Source of the DNA: Tubiluchus corallicola
Taxonomy: Eukaryota; Animalia; Priapulida
NCBI GenBank assembly: GCA_030141605.1
Contig: JAQGDQ010000929.1
Coordinates: 15,679 to 79,678, forward strand
DNA: 64,000 nt
Direction of reading: 5' to 3'
The first letter of the stretch is position 1. Each line of letters begins with the position of its first letter. The position numbers were made by a program, and so were the translations under genes. The notes under the pieces are model-generated. The model did no database searches and was not told the DNA's origin. It saw only the letters and a list, made by a program, of their open reading frames with translations. Positions 63,667-64,000 of this stretch are shown one piece after another.

Positions 63667-64000
63667 GTTATTTCCAGCTTCTGATTATCATAACTTCAAA
63701 GACAAACTAAATTTTATTTTGCCCTTCAGAGTGTCTCCTTGATGCTTGCAGCTTAATTGCAAGTGAAAGTAGTTCGTGTGGCGTATTAATGCTTTCAGAA
63801 TAACTCATTTATGATAGACACGATGATTCTGGAATTTGCTATTGATTAGCACATTTATACATGCAACATCTGTTGCTGACGTCTGTAGCGCTTTTGCATT
63901 CAAATTCGTTTCTCAGACGTGACCGAACGAACACAATTTGCATCTGTTTTTAGTACATTAATTAATACATGTAGTTGTTTCGTTTTAACAGTTTTGTTAG

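Overview
AT-rich, intron-containing invertebrate animal DNA; no prokaryotic features. Genes reconstructed by hand: (1) a minus-strand gene with 7 coding exons (4091-15545, all introns phase 1) encoding three Ig domains fused directly to a globular C1q domain, with decayed Ig/Ser-Thr pseudo-exons upstream at 16.6-19.8 kb; (2) the Gly-rich 3' exons and 3' UTR of an hnRNP A/B-type gene (33.0-37.6 kb, +), whose RRM exons I cannot find; (3) a probable spliced non-coding or decayed transcript (38.3-42.4 kb, +); (4) an intronless GT25 procollagen galactosyltransferase-like CDS (44487-46247, -); (5) the first two exons of a KIND-domain PTPN13/FRMPD2-like gene (58.1-60.0 kb, +). The rest is mostly minisatellites, microsatellites and mobile elements: a decayed CR1/L2-group LINE, a Gypsy gag fragment, a 5S-derived SINE3, two bipartite RTE derivatives, and Merlin-, piggyBac- and hAT-like MITEs. 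The most notable item is the linker-less Ig3-C1q protein. All family calls come from motif recognition, not database searches.
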